NCBI GenBank assembly: GCA_048268245.1
Contig: JBLWVX010000003.1
Coordinates: 94,530 to 158,529 of the forward strand
Direction: 5' to 3'
DNA from: Arcobacteraceae bacterium
Lineage (GTDB): Bacteria > Campylobacterota > Campylobacteria > Campylobacterales > Arcobacteraceae
Length of the DNA stretch: 64,000 bases
This document shows, one piece after another, positions 31,612 to 42,232 of the stretch (position 1 is its first letter; every line of letters begins with the position of its first letter). The translations under genes were made by a program, and so were the position numbers. The notes beneath the pieces are model-generated. The model ran no database searches. It was not told where the DNA came from and saw only the letters and a program-made list of their open reading frames with translations.

Positions 31612-32553
31612 ATGGAAAAACTAGTAATCGCAACAAGACAGAGTAAATTAGCATTATGGCAAAGTGAATATATCAAAGCAGAATTAAACAAACACTACCC
31701 AGAGATGCAAATTGAGTTAAAAACATTTTCAACAAAAGCAGACAAGATTTTAGATGTACCATTAGCTAAGATTGGTGGAAAAGGTTTATTTACAAAAGAG
31801 TTAGAAATAGCTTTATTAAATAAAGAAGCAGATATTGCAGTTCACAGTCTAAAAGATGTTCCAGTTGAGTTTGAAGATGGATTTGTATTAGCTGCACTTA
31901 CAAAAAGGTTTGATCCAAGAGATGCTTTTTTAAGCCAAAATTATGAAAGTATTGAAGCTTTACCAAAGGGTGCAGTTATTGGAACAACAAGTCTTAGAAG
32001 AAGAATGGAAATCAAAATGATAAGACCTGATATTGAACTAAAAGATTTAAGAGGAAATATCAATACAAGAATTGCAAAGTTAAAAGCTGGTGAGTATGAT
32101 GCAATTATCTTAGCTGCAACTGGTGTACAAAAACTTCAAATTGAAGATGAGGTAAACTATTTTACACCAATTTCTACAGATTTAATGATTCCATCAATGG
32201 GACAAGCAACTTTAGGTATTGAAACTCTTGATAACAAAGAATTAATAGAGTTATTGTCTGTTTTAAATGATGAAAATGCTTATATTGAATCAACAATTGA
32301 GAGAGATTTTGTAAGAGTATTAGAGGGTGGTTGTCAAGTTCCAATTGGTTCAAAAGCAACAATTTTAGAAGATGGTAAAAAAGTTAAATTTCAAGCAATT
32401 GTTGGAATGCCAGATGCCAGTGAGAGAATAGAAGAAGAAGTAATTGAACCAATAGAAAACTATAAAGAAATTGGTAAAAAAGTTGCACAAAGCTTTATTG
32501 AAAAGGGAGCAAAAGAGCTTCTTAAAAAAGCAGAAGAAATAGCATTTAAATAA
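31612..32553 (+). CDS. hemC: Hydroxymethylbilane synthase
   Basis: ATRQSKLALWQ, GKGLFTKELE, VHSLKD, RGNINTR, GGCQVP. Confidence 0.98.
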   Translation: MEKLVIATRQSKLALWQSEYIKAELNKHYPEMQIELKTFSTKADKILDVPLAKIGGKGLFTKELEIALLNKEADIAVHSLKDVPVEFEDGFVLAALTKRFDPRDAFLSQNYESIEALPKGAVIGTTSLRRRMEIKMIRPDIELKDLRGNINTRIAKLKAGEYDAIILAATGVQKLQIEDEVNYFTPISTDLMIPSMGQATLGIETLDNKELIELLSVLNDENAYIESTIERDFVRVLEGGCQVPIGSKATILEDGKKVKFQAIVGMPDASERIEEEVIEPIENYKEIGKKVAQSFIEKGAKELLKKAEEIAFK

Positions 32554-32581
32554 AAACCCAATTTAACAAGAAAAGGAAAAC

Positions 32582-32929
32582 ATGGAAAATTTACCAAACT
32601 GCCCAAAATGTGGGAGCGAATATACTTACGAAGATATGGATTTATATATATGTCCAGAGTGTGCCTATGAATGGTCAAAAGATGCTTCTTTAGAAGAAGA
32701 TGAAGACAAGCTGATTGTAAAAGATGCTAATGGAGCTATTTTAGAAGATGGGGATGATGTTACTGTTATCAAAGACTTAAAAGTAAAAGGTAGTTCATCT
32801 GGTATTAAAGTTGGTACTAAAGTAAAAGGTATCAGACTAGTTGAGGGTAATGATGGTCATAATATTGACTGTAAGGTTCCAGGTGTTGGGGCTATTAAAC
32901 TTAAACAAGAGTTTGTTAAAAAAGCTTAA
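32582..32929 (+). CDS. PhnA/YjdM zinc-ribbon protein
   Basis: [27 protein letters not shown]. Confidence 0.9.
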   Translation: MENLPNCPKCGSEYTYEDMDLYICPECAYEWSKDASLEEDEDKLIVKDANGAILEDGDDVTVIKDLKVKGSSSGIKVGTKVKGIRLVEGNDGHNIDCKVPGVGAIKLKQEFVKKA

Positions 32930-32942
32930 AAAACTGCGTTAT

Positions 32943-32969
32943 TTGACAAAAGAGTTTCTCTTTTGTCAA
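32943..32969. terminator. Hairpin after the YjdM-like gene
   Basis: ttgacaaaagag-ttt-ctcttttgtcaa. Confidence 0.55.
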
Positions 32970-33062
32970 GACTTCAAAAATTTTCAAAAAAGCAATATTT
33001 TCCAAGAAAATTAAATAATAATTTTAGTATCATATTTACATTAATATATTAAGGAGTGATAT

Positions 33063-33605
33063 ATGAGAATAAATGTAGAAGATACACTATTTTGTTTAGT
33101 AGATGTACAAGAAAAGCTATTTCCTCACGTAACAAATAATGAAGAGATTGAAAAAAAACTAATTACATTAATTAAAGGTTTAAAAGTTCTAGAGGTTCCT
33201 TTTATAGTAAATGAACAGTATAAAAAAGGAATAGGAGAGACAATTCCTTCTTTAAAAGAATTAGTAGTTGATTATCCACATTTTGAAAAAACAACATTTT
33301 CTTGTTGTAAAAATGAACCAACAATGGAAGCTATTAAGAATAGTGGAAAGAAGAATGTAATTGTTGCTGGAATTGAGACACATGTATGTGTATTGCAAAC
33401 TTGTATTGATTTATTAGAAGCTGGACTTCAACCAATACTTGTTACTGATTGTGTAACTTCAAGAAAGCAAAATGATACTGATGTAGCAATTCAAAGATTA
33501 GTTCACGCAGGTGTTATTCCAACTACATATGAATCAATTTTATTTGAATTAACACTAAATGCAAAAAATCCAGTATTTAAAGAAATTTCAAAATTAGTTA
33601 AATAA
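33063..33605 (+). CDS. Isochorismatase-family hydrolase (YcaC/ISOC-like)
   Basis: VDVQEKL, EKTTFSC, GIETHVCVLQT. Confidence 0.9.
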   Translation: MRINVEDTLFCLVDVQEKLFPHVTNNEEIEKKLITLIKGLKVLEVPFIVNEQYKKGIGETIPSLKELVVDYPHFEKTTFSCCKNEPTMEAIKNSGKKNVIVAGIETHVCVLQTCIDLLEAGLQPILVTDCVTSRKQNDTDVAIQRLVHAGVIPTTYESILFELTLNAKNPVFKEISKLVK

Positions 33606-33641
33606 AACCTATTTATTAATATTAAAAGAATTAATTTGTTA

Positions 33642-33650
33642 TGGTATAAT
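33642..33650 (+). promoter_or_regulatory. Extended -10 promoter for the luxP-like operon
   Basis: TGgTATAAT about 35 nt upstream of the ATG. Confidence 0.6.
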
Positions 33651-33685
33651 AATTGTATTTTAAACTTATAAATTAAGGGAAAATA

Positions 33686-34786
33686 ATGAAAAAATCCATT
33701 GTCAAACTGATTCTTTTAATGTGCTCTATCAGTTTTTTAAATGCTGATAACTCAAAATACTTCGATATTGATGAATATATACAATTCACTAGTCAAGAGA
33801 AGATTACAACTGATTTCATAAGCCAAATACAAAAAGATGCTATCAAAATAAAACAGCAAAATAAAAAAATAAAAATAGTTTTAGTATATCCTGGTAAACA
33901 GTTAACTGATTATTGGATGAAAAGTAAAGTTTCATTTGAGAAAAGACTTGATGAATTAGGTATAGATTATGAGTTGGTTCTTCATTTTACAAAGCCCCAT
34001 GTTGAAACAAGAGTTCAGTCTAAATTACTTTTAAAAGCTATAAAAGATAATACAGACTATTTAGTATTTGTATTAGATGCAAGTAAACATGCAAAGTTTA
34101 TTGAGCGAATTATAAGTAGAGAAAAACCAAAATTAATTTTACAAAATATAACTACTCCTTTAAGAAAATGGCAAAAGAGTCAACCCTTTTTATATGTAGG
34201 TTTTGATCATATGATAGGTAGTCAGATGCTTGCAGATTACTATATTAAAAAAACAAAAGGTGAGGGTAAATATGCTGTTTTATATACGGCAAATGGTTAT
34301 GTAAGTTATATGAGAGGAACAAAGTTTATTGATTATGTTTCTAAAAACTCTAATCTAAAAGTTGTCCATGAATACTTCACAAATACTAGTAAAGAAAAAG
34401 CTAGACTGGCAACTCTTGATTTATTAAAGCAAGATAATGATATTAAATTTATATATGCTTGTTCTACTGATATTGCTTTAGGTGTAATTGAAGCACTAAA
34501 GCAAAAAGATTTAGTAGGAAAAGTTTTAGTAAATGGATGGGGTGGAGGAAGTAGTGAACTTCAAGCTATTCAAGATGGTTTTATGGATGTTACAGTTATG
34601 AGAATGAATGATGATAATGGTGTAGCAATGGCTGAAGCAATAAAACTTGATTTAGAAGGTGAAAAAGAAAAAGTACCTACTATTTTTTCAGGAGAGTTTG
34701 CACTTGTAGAAAAAGGAATTGATAAAAATAAGTTAGAGCAACTTAAACAAAGAGCTTTTAGGTATACACAAGATAATGCAAAATAA
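33686..34786 (+). CDS. luxP: LuxP-like autoinducer-2-binding periplasmic protein
   Basis: Motifs match Vibrio LuxP as I recall it: VYPGKQLTDYW, LILQNITTP, QPFLYVGFDH, FIYACSTD, NGWGGGS.EL, VMRMNDD, RAFRY. Confidence 0.88.
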   Translation: MKKSIVKLILLMCSISFLNADNSKYFDIDEYIQFTSQEKITTDFISQIQKDAIKIKQQNKKIKIVLVYPGKQLTDYWMKSKVSFEKRLDELGIDYELVLHFTKPHVETRVQSKLLLKAIKDNTDYLVFVLDASKHAKFIERIISREKPKLILQNITTPLRKWQKSQPFLYVGFDHMIGSQMLADYYIKKTKGEGKYAVLYTANGYVSYMRGTKFIDYVSKNSNLKVVHEYFTNTSKEKARLATLDLLKQDNDIKFIYACSTDIALGVIEALKQKDLVGKVLVNGWGGGSSELQAIQDGFMDVTVMRMNDDNGVAMAEAIKLDLEGEKEKVPTIFSGEFALVEKGIDKNKLEQLKQRAFRYTQDNAK

Positions 34787-36908
34787 AAAACTGTCACTAT
34801 CAATAATAAATAGTTTATTGCTATTACTATTTTTTATTATATTAACTACTGCTGTACTTTTTTCAAGTTATATGAATACACAAAAAGTAGTAGATAAAAA
34901 TATTAGTGACTATTTTAATCAAACATTTAATATTACTAAACTTATTATTGAAAATGAACAAAAGAGTTTACAAGAGATAGTTACAAATGTGACAAATGAG
35001 TTTAAAAGTATATCTAAATTAGATAATCAATATGAAGTTACATATAAATTAGAAACATTGTCTTATGTGGACACTGTAGATTTAGTTTTTTTTGAAATGG
35101 ATGGAGAGTTTTATGATTATAGTACTTCATTATTTGATTCGAAACTGATTATTGAAAAAATCAAACTAATGGACTCATCAATAGATAATAGAATTATTAG
35201 AGTAAAGGTTGAGAATAAAAATATCATTTTGATGATAAATAAAGATAACATTATAGATGAATTAACAGGAAGAGTTAAAGCAAAAGTTTATGGAGCTAAA
35301 GTTTTAAATGATAACTTTAGTTTACTTGAGCATATAAAAACTAGAGCTAAGCTTTTTGATATATATATTTACTTTGATAAAGAACTAATTGCTTCTACAA
35401 ATAATAAAGAGAATATTGATTTAAATGCATTTAGTAAAAAAGGAATATTTGTAGATGAAGATACAATTTATTCTAGTATACCTTATGATATATATGATAG
35501 TAAGAAGTTAGAAGTTGTATATGTGAAAAAAAATAGTACTTTTGAAATACTAAAGAATAATTTTACTCAACAAGCTTTTTTATTAGTACTTTTTGTGATT
35601 TTTTGTTTTATTCTTTTATACTATTTATCTAATAGATTTATCATTAAACCTTTTAGTCAGCTTGCAGATTATGCAAACAAGGTTAAAGACCAAAAAGATA
35701 TAGAGTATAAAAATACAAATGTTCTTGAGTTTGATAGTTTTGCCCATGAGTTAAATGATATTATTTCTGAATTAAGAGATGTAAAAGAACAATACTCAAG
35801 GGCTATTGATGGAGTTCAAGATGGTTTATGGGATGTAGATTTAAAGAATAAAAAAGTATTTTATTCTCCAAGATTTAAAACTATGTTAGGTTATGATTTA
35901 GAAGATAAGATTATATATAAAAGTTTTTGGCAGAGAAGTATTCATAAAAAAGATTATAAAAAGACATTGCTTGAACTAAAAAATCATATAAATAAAAAGT
36001 CAGACTTATTTGAAATGGAATATAGATTTAAATGTAAAAATAGTTCATATAAATGGATAAAAATTAGAGGAAAACTATTCTATGATTCAAATAATAAACC
36101 AAACAGATTTATTGGTTTTCACACTGATATAAATGATTTAGTTTTATTGGAAAAACAAAATCAAGAAAAAGAAAGAATGTTATATCAACAATCAAAACTA
36201 GCCTCAATGGGTGAAATGATTGGTAATATTGCTCATCAGTGGAGACAGCCTCTAACTATTATGAGTGTTATCTCTTCTTCAATGAGTATGCAATTACAAT
36301 TAGATAAATTAAATAAAAAAAAAGCACAAGAAAATTTAGAGAAGCTTTTAAAAAATATTGATTATTTATCATCTATTATAGACAAATTTAGAAACTTTTT
36401 TAATCCTAATAATAAAGTAGAAGAGTTTTATATAGATGAAGTTATTGCAGAAAATTTAGTGATATTTGAGTCTTCATACAAATCAAGTAATATACAGTTA
36501 ATACTAGACTTAAAAAATATAAAAATAGTAGGTTTTAAATTTGAACTTATGCAAGTTGTTATAAACATAATAAACAATGCAAAAGATGCTTTAGTATCTA
36601 AAATGTCTATAAGAGATTTAAATAAATTTATATTTATAAAATCATATATAACTAATAACAATTTGCTATTAGTAATCACTGATAATGCAGGTGGTATACT
36701 TAGTGAAATCTCTGAGAAAATATATGAACCATATTTTACAACAAAACATCAAAGTCAAGGTACTGGACTTGGTCTTTATATGTCAAATGAAATTATAAAA
36801 AAACACTTTAAAGGTACTTTGTCAAATAAAACTATAGAGTATGAATATGAAGGAAATAAATATAAAGGTGAAGAGTTTAAAATAGAAATACCACTTTTAT
36901 GTGAGTAG
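34776..36908 (+). CDS. Sensor histidine kinase: LuxQ-like periplasmic domain, PAS, HisKA/HATPase, no receiver
   Basis: Two TM helices; IIDELTGRV...VLNDNFSLLEHIK resembles LuxQ ILDPSTGEV...VLDNNFALMEKLK; PAS DGLWD...YSPRFKTMLGY; IAHQWRQPL; overlaps luxP by 11 nt. Confidence 0.85.
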   Translation: MQNKKLSLSIINSLLLLLFFIILTTAVLFSSYMNTQKVVDKNISDYFNQTFNITKLIIENEQKSLQEIVTNVTNEFKSISKLDNQYEVTYKLETLSYVDTVDLVFFEMDGEFYDYSTSLFDSKLIIEKIKLMDSSIDNRIIRVKVENKNIILMINKDNIIDELTGRVKAKVYGAKVLNDNFSLLEHIKTRAKLFDIYIYFDKELIASTNNKENIDLNAFSKKGIFVDEDTIYSSIPYDIYDSKKLEVVYVKKNSTFEILKNNFTQQAFLLVLFVIFCFILLYYLSNRFIIKPFSQLADYANKVKDQKDIEYKNTNVLEFDSFAHELNDIISELRDVKEQYSRAIDGVQDGLWDVDLKNKKVFYSPRFKTMLGYDLEDKIIYKSFWQRSIHKKDYKKTLLELKNHINKKSDLFEMEYRFKCKNSSYKWIKIRGKLFYDSNNKPNRFIGFHTDINDLVLLEKQNQEKERMLYQQSKLASMGEMIGNIAHQWRQPLTIMSVISSSMSMQLQLDKLNKKKAQENLEKLLKNIDYLSSIIDKFRNFFNPNNKVEEFYIDEVIAENLVIFESSYKSSNIQLILDLKNIKIVGFKFELMQVVINIINNAKDALVSKMSIRDLNKFIFIKSYITNNNLLLVITDNAGGILSEISEKIYEPYFTTKHQSQGTGLGLYMSNEIIKKHFKGTLSNKTIEYEYEGNKYKGEEFKIEIPLLCE

Positions 36909-36917
36909 TATTTTAGT

Positions 36918-36968
36918 AATAAAAAAGGGGATAGATAGGAATTCTATTCCATCTATCCCCTTTTTATT
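36918..36968. terminator. Strong bidirectional terminator between the kinase and prpF
   Basis: aaaaaggggatagat...atctatcccctttt with flanking A and T runs. Confidence 0.8.
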
Positions 36969-36982
36969 TTAAAGTATTTAGA

Positions 36983-38161
36983 TTATACGTCCATAGTTCC
37001 AGCTGGAACGTGAACATTACCTTCCATAATAATTCTAGCACTTCTACTCATAGAAGCTTTTTGAACTGTAAGTTTATCACCATCTTTAGTAATTGTAGCA
37101 CCAACTTTAATAGCACCACTTGGATGACCAAATGTTACAGTATCTCTTTCCCCTCCACCAGCAGCAAGGTTAACTAAAGTTCCTGGAATAGATCCTGCAA
37201 CACCAATAGCAACAGAAGCAGTTCCCATCATAGCATGGTGTAATTGTTGCATAGATAATGCTCTTACATGTAAATCCATCTCACTTGCCTTTACTTCTTT
37301 ACCAGAAGATGTAATAAAGTCTTGTGCAGGAGATACAAATGCAATTTTCGGAGTGTGTTGTTGAGTTAATGCATCACTTGCATCTTTCATAACACCCATT
37401 TTTAAAGCACCTGCTATTCTGATTTTTTCAAACTTTTCAAGTGCTGCTGTATCAGAGTTAATATCACCTTGAAGCTCAGTTCCTTTATATCCGATTTCAT
37501 CAGCATTTACAAATACTGTTGGAATACCAGCAGTAATCATAGTAGCTTTTAAAGTTCCAATTCCTTCAACTTCTAAATCATCTACTAAGTTTCCAGTAGG
37601 GAATAACTCTTCACTAGGATCAACTGGCTCAACGAACTCTAATACAATCTCTTCAGCAGGGAAAGCAACACCATCAATTTCGTAGTCACCCATTTCTTTA
37701 ACCATTCCATCTTCCATTGTTACATAACAAAGAATAGTTTTTTTGATATTTGCTTGCCAGATTCTTACACAACAAACACCATTTTCAGGTACATTGTCAA
37801 CTAAACCTTCTTTGATAGCAAAAGGACCAACTGCTGAACTTAAGTTACCACAGTTTCCACTCATATCAACAAAATCTTTGTCAATTGCAACTTGACAGAA
37901 GTAGTAATCTACATCATGATTAGGAACATCAGATTTACCAACTAAGATAGCTTTTGAAGTAGATGAAGAAGCTCCACCCATTCCATCCATTTGTTTTTTA
38001 TAAATATCAGGAGAACCTACAATTCTTTGTAATAGTTTGTCTCTTTTTCTTCCATCTTCTTGTGCTTCTTTTGGAAGGTCTGCAATATTAAAGAAAGTAC
38101 CTTTTGAAGTACCACCTCTCATATATGTTGCTTTTACTTTAAATTGTGGTTTGTAAGCCAT
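36983..38161 (-). CDS. prpF: 2-methylaconitate isomerase PrpF
   Basis: YMRGGTSKG, GNCGN, HHAMMGT, GHPSG, SRSAR. Confidence 0.95.
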   Translation of the reverse strand: MAYKPQFKVKATYMRGGTSKGTFFNIADLPKEAQEDGRKRDKLLQRIVGSPDIYKKQMDGMGGASSSTSKAILVGKSDVPNHDVDYYFCQVAIDKDFVDMSGNCGNLSSAVGPFAIKEGLVDNVPENGVCCVRIWQANIKKTILCYVTMEDGMVKEMGDYEIDGVAFPAEEIVLEFVEPVDPSEELFPTGNLVDDLEVEGIGTLKATMITAGIPTVFVNADEIGYKGTELQGDINSDTAALEKFEKIRIAGALKMGVMKDASDALTQQHTPKIAFVSPAQDFITSSGKEVKASEMDLHVRALSMQQLHHAMMGTASVAIGVAGSIPGTLVNLAAGGGERDTVTFGHPSGAIKVGATITKDGDKLTVQKASMSRSARIIMEGNVHVPAGTMDV

Positions 38162-38264
38162 AATAATATTCTCCTTTTAGTTTTAAATAAAATATTTATT
38201 AAAAAAATCTTTGATTTCTTTAACAAATATTTTAAGGGCAAAGCCCCTAAAATATTGAGAGTTA

Positions 38265-40862
38265 TTACTTAGTTTCAGCAACAACGTCTTTAGCGAATTT
38301 TTGTAAAATACCACCATTTTTGTAAACTTCAACTTCAGCAGAAGTATCTAATCTACATAAAACATCGAATTTAACAACTTCACCATTTGCTCTTGTCATA
38401 ACAACTGTTAAGTCACATCTTGGAGTGATTTCACCTTCGATATCAAAAGTTTCAGAACCATCAATCTCGTAAGTAAATCTTGTATCACCTTCTTTGAATT
38501 GTAATGGTAATACACCCATTCCAACTAAGTTAGTTCTGTGAATTCTTTCAATTGATTCAGCAATAAGAACTTCAACACCTGCAAGTCTAACACCTTTAGC
38601 AGCCCAGTCTCTTGATGAACCTTGACCATAGTTAGTACCAGCAACGATAATTAATGGTTGTTTTCTATTGTTATATTCTTCAATAGCTTCCCACATTCTA
38701 GATTCTTTACCTTCTGGCATAATCTTAGTTAATGAACCTTGTTTAACATTTCCATTTTCATCTTTAACCATTTCGTTAAATAGTTTTGGATTTGCTAATG
38801 TAGCTCTTGATGCAGTATTGTGGTCACCTCTATGCGTTGCATAAGAGTTAAGATCAGGAATTGGTAATCCCTTAGAAATACAATACTCACCAGAAGCTGA
38901 ATCTGGTAAAATAGCATTTGATGGTGATAAGTGATCCGTAGTGATGTTATCAGGGAATACACCTAATGGTCTCATACCTTTTAATGCTGGCATTTGCATA
39001 TATTCATCTTCCCAATATGGAGGTTTGTTAATATATGTAGAGTTAGTATTCCATTTGTAGAATGGATCTACTTTAACACCTGATAATCCATCTCTTGCGA
39101 ACATTGGATCATAAATATTGTTATACATTTCAGGTCTAACGAACTCTTTTTCAACAGCGTCAATCTCTTCATCAGATGGCCATAAATCAGCTAATTTAAT
39201 GTCATTACCATTTGCATCTTTACCTAAAGAGTCATTTTCAATATCAAATCTAACAGTACCAGCTAATGCATATGCAATAACTAATGCAGGAGATGCTAAG
39301 AATGCTTCTTTTACGTATGGGTGAATTCTTCCATCAAAGTTTCTGTTCCCAGATAATACAGCAGTAGAGTAAATATCTCTATCTACAACTTCTTGTTGGA
39401 TTTTTGGATCTAAAGCACCTGACATACCATTACAAGTAGTACAAGCAAAACCAACTACACCAAATCCTAATTTTTCCATCTCAGGTAATAATCCAGCTTC
39501 TTTTAAATAAACTTCAATTACTTTTGAACCTGGTGCTAATGAAGACTTAACCCATGGTTTTCTTTGAAGACCAAGCTCGTTTGCTTTCTTAGCTAATAAA
39601 CCAGCAGCAATAACGTTTCTTGGGTTTGAAGTATTTGTACATGAAGTAATAGCTGCAATTAAGATACCACCATCAGGAATTAAATCACCTTCTTGAGTCC
39701 ACTCTTTTACGATACCTTCTTCTTTTAAAGTAGAAGTTGGAACTAATTTATGAGGTTTAGATGGACCTGCTAATGATCTAGTAACTTTAGATAAATCAAA
39801 TTGAATAGTTCTAGCGTATGTAGCATTTTCGAATTGGTCAGCCCATAATCCATTTGCTTTAGCGTAAGCTTCAACTAATTCACATTGTTTCTCTTCTCTA
39901 CCTGTTACTCTTAAGTAAGAAATTGTTTGCTCATCAATAGCGAACATACCAGCAGATGCACCATATTCTGGAGTCATATTTGCAATAGTAGCTCTATCAC
40001 CTAAGTTTAGGTATTTAATACCTTCACCGAAGAACTCTAAGTAAGCAGAGATAACATTGTTTTCTCTTAAGAATGAAGTCATAGATAATGCAATATCAGT
40101 TGCAGTAATTCCAGGAGCTCTTTTACCTACAATTTCAACACCAATGATTTCAGGAACTCTCATGTATGATGGGTTACCTAACATTACGTTTTCAGCTTCT
40201 AATCCACCAACACCAACAGCAATAACACCAAGTGCATCAACGTGTGGAGTATGTGAGTCTGTACCAACTAATGTATCAGGTGAAGCGATACCATCATCTA
40301 AGTGAACAACTGGAGACATTTTCTCTAAGTTGATTTGGTGCATAATACCATTTCCTGGAGGGATAACATCAACATTGTTAAATGCTTCTTTAGTCCAGTT
40401 AATAAAGTGGAATCTATCAGCATTTCTTCTATCTTCAATATCTCTATTTTTTTGGAAAGCATCTGGATCATATCCACCACACTCTACTGCTAATGAGTGG
40501 TCAACGATTAATTGAGTTGGAACAACTGGGTTAACTTTATCTGGGTTACCACCTTTAGAAGCTACTGCTTCTCTAAGTCCTGCTAAATCAACAAATGCAG
40601 TTAATCCTAAGATATCGTGACAGATAACTCTTGATGGGAACCAAGGGAAATCTTTATCTGTTCTTTTTTCAATTAATTGTACTAATGAATCTTTTAAATC
40701 TTCACTAGGACACTTTCTAATTAAGTTTTCAGCTAAAACTCTTGAAGTATAGTTTAGTTTTTCAAATGAACCTGGAGTGATATCTTCTACAGCTGCTTTA
40801 ACATCGTAGTATTTAACACCATCTACACCATCAAGGTTTTTAAGATATTTTTCGTTTGTCAT
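38265..40862 (-). CDS. acnD: Fe/S-dependent 2-methylcitrate dehydratase AcnD
   Basis: RVICHDILG, AAITSCTNTSNPRN, FACTTCNGMSG, GQGSSRDWAAKG; next to prpF. Confidence 0.93.
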   Translation of the reverse strand: MTNEKYLKNLDGVDGVKYYDVKAAVEDITPGSFEKLNYTSRVLAENLIRKCPSEDLKDSLVQLIEKRTDKDFPWFPSRVICHDILGLTAFVDLAGLREAVASKGGNPDKVNPVVPTQLIVDHSLAVECGGYDPDAFQKNRDIEDRRNADRFHFINWTKEAFNNVDVIPPGNGIMHQINLEKMSPVVHLDDGIASPDTLVGTDSHTPHVDALGVIAVGVGGLEAENVMLGNPSYMRVPEIIGVEIVGKRAPGITATDIALSMTSFLRENNVISAYLEFFGEGIKYLNLGDRATIANMTPEYGASAGMFAIDEQTISYLRVTGREEKQCELVEAYAKANGLWADQFENATYARTIQFDLSKVTRSLAGPSKPHKLVPTSTLKEEGIVKEWTQEGDLIPDGGILIAAITSCTNTSNPRNVIAAGLLAKKANELGLQRKPWVKSSLAPGSKVIEVYLKEAGLLPEMEKLGFGVVGFACTTCNGMSGALDPKIQQEVVDRDIYSTAVLSGNRNFDGRIHPYVKEAFLASPALVIAYALAGTVRFDIENDSLGKDANGNDIKLADLWPSDEEIDAVEKEFVRPEMYNNIYDPMFARDGLSGVKVDPFYKWNTNSTYINKPPYWEDEYMQMPALKGMRPLGVFPDNITTDHLSPSNAILPDSASGEYCISKGLPIPDLNSYATHRGDHNTASRATLANPKLFNEMVKDENGNVKQGSLTKIMPEGKESRMWEAIEEYNNRKQPLIIVAGTNYGQGSSRDWAAKGVRLAGVEVLIAESIERIHRTNLVGMGVLPLQFKEGDTRFTYEIDGSETFDIEGEITPRCDLTVVMTRANGEVVKFDVLCRLDTSAEVEVYKNGGILQKFAKDVVAETK

Positions 40863-41052
40863 TATTTATATCCATTTTTAAATTTTGTTAAGAACCTTAG
40901 TTCTATTTATGTTTCCAAACAGTGCTAAATTTTTTATTGTAATTTATCCACTGTATGTGGCACTTGTGTTGTGATAGCCTCTAAAAAGAGGCTATTTTAT
41001 TTTTTATGTAAGTTTTTTATGTTTCTTGTGCTTTTTAAAAAAGAAGAAAGAA

Positions 41053-42162
41053 TTAAGATCTATCTTCTAATGCTACGAATTCTCTTGGCTCAGGTCCAGT
41101 ATACTCTGAACTTGGTCTGATAATTCTGTTGTTCGCTCTTTGTTCAAATGCGTGAGCAGCCCATCCAGCAGCTCTTGACATAATGAATAATGGAGTGTAG
41201 TATAATCTTTCGATTTCCATGTAGTGGTAAATTAATCCACCGAAGAAGTCGATATTATCTGGTAAACCTTTTTCAGCTTTTACTTTGTCTCTAATTGCTT
41301 TTGCAATATCAAATAATTTCGGGTCAGAAGTTTCTAATTCTTTTAACTCTTTAGCTAATTCGAATCCGATAGGAGATCTTGGATCTACTTCTCTATATAC
41401 TCTATGTCCGAATCCCATAATTTTTTCTTTTTTAGCGAATAATTCATCTACAGATTTTAATGCGTGATCAACATCGTCAAACTCTAATACAAATTTAATT
41501 GCTACTTCATTAGCTCCACCATGTAAGTGACCTTTTAATGTACCAATACCAGTAGTCATACAAGAGTAGATGTCTGATAATGTAGAAGCAGTAATTCTGT
41601 TTGCAAATGTAGATGCGTTGAACTCATGCTCAGCATATAAAGTTAACATTGCATTCATAGCTTTAACTTCAACTGGTAATGGAGTAGTTTCTTTTAATCT
41701 TTCTACAATGTAACCAGCAATTGTATTTTCTTCAGATGCTAATTCAATTTCTTTTCCATTTACATGCCAGTGGTGCCAGTAAACTAAGAATGATGGGAAT
41801 GCACCTAATAATCTAGTGATTTTGTCCATTTGATCAGAGAAATCTTCTGCTTCTGGTTCAATACAACCTAAAGCTGAAGTTGCAGTCTTCATAACGTCCA
41901 TTGGGTGAGATGAAGCTGGAATTGCTTTTAAAACTTCTTTAACAGAAGCTGGTAATTGTCTACCTGCAATAATTTTTCTTCTGAACATTTTAAGTTCTTT
42001 TGCGTTTGGTAATTCTCCAACTAATAATAAATATGCTACCTCTTCAAAATCAGCTTTTAAAGCTAAATCTGCAATATCATAACCTCTATAGTTAAGACCA
42101 TTACCTAATCCACAAGTACAAATTGATGATTGACCTGCTGTAACACCTGCTAAACCACTCAT
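41053..42162 (-). CDS. prpC: 2-methylcitrate synthase
   Basis: YRGY, AEHEFNASTF, LHGGANE, MGFGHRVY; within the prp operon. Confidence 0.92.
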   Translation of the reverse strand: MSGLAGVTAGQSSICTCGLGNGLNYRGYDIADLALKADFEEVAYLLLVGELPNAKELKMFRRKIIAGRQLPASVKEVLKAIPASSHPMDVMKTATSALGCIEPEAEDFSDQMDKITRLLGAFPSFLVYWHHWHVNGKEIELASEENTIAGYIVERLKETTPLPVEVKAMNAMLTLYAEHEFNASTFANRITASTLSDIYSCMTTGIGTLKGHLHGGANEVAIKFVLEFDDVDHALKSVDELFAKKEKIMGFGHRVYREVDPRSPIGFELAKELKELETSDPKLFDIAKAIRDKVKAEKGLPDNIDFFGGLIYHYMEIERLYYTPLFIMSRAAGWAAHAFEQRANNRIIRPSSEYTGPEPREFVALEDRS

Positions 42163-42232
42163 TTCTCTCTCCTTAAATTTTGTGTTTTAATTAAAATTTT
42201 ATATTCGTGCTTTTGTTTTAAGGCGAAGCTAA

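Noticed and set aside
40958..40972. Sigma54-like sequence TGGCAC-N5-TTGT
   Set aside because: The -12 element is GT rather than GC, and it points antisense into prpC with no gene to drive
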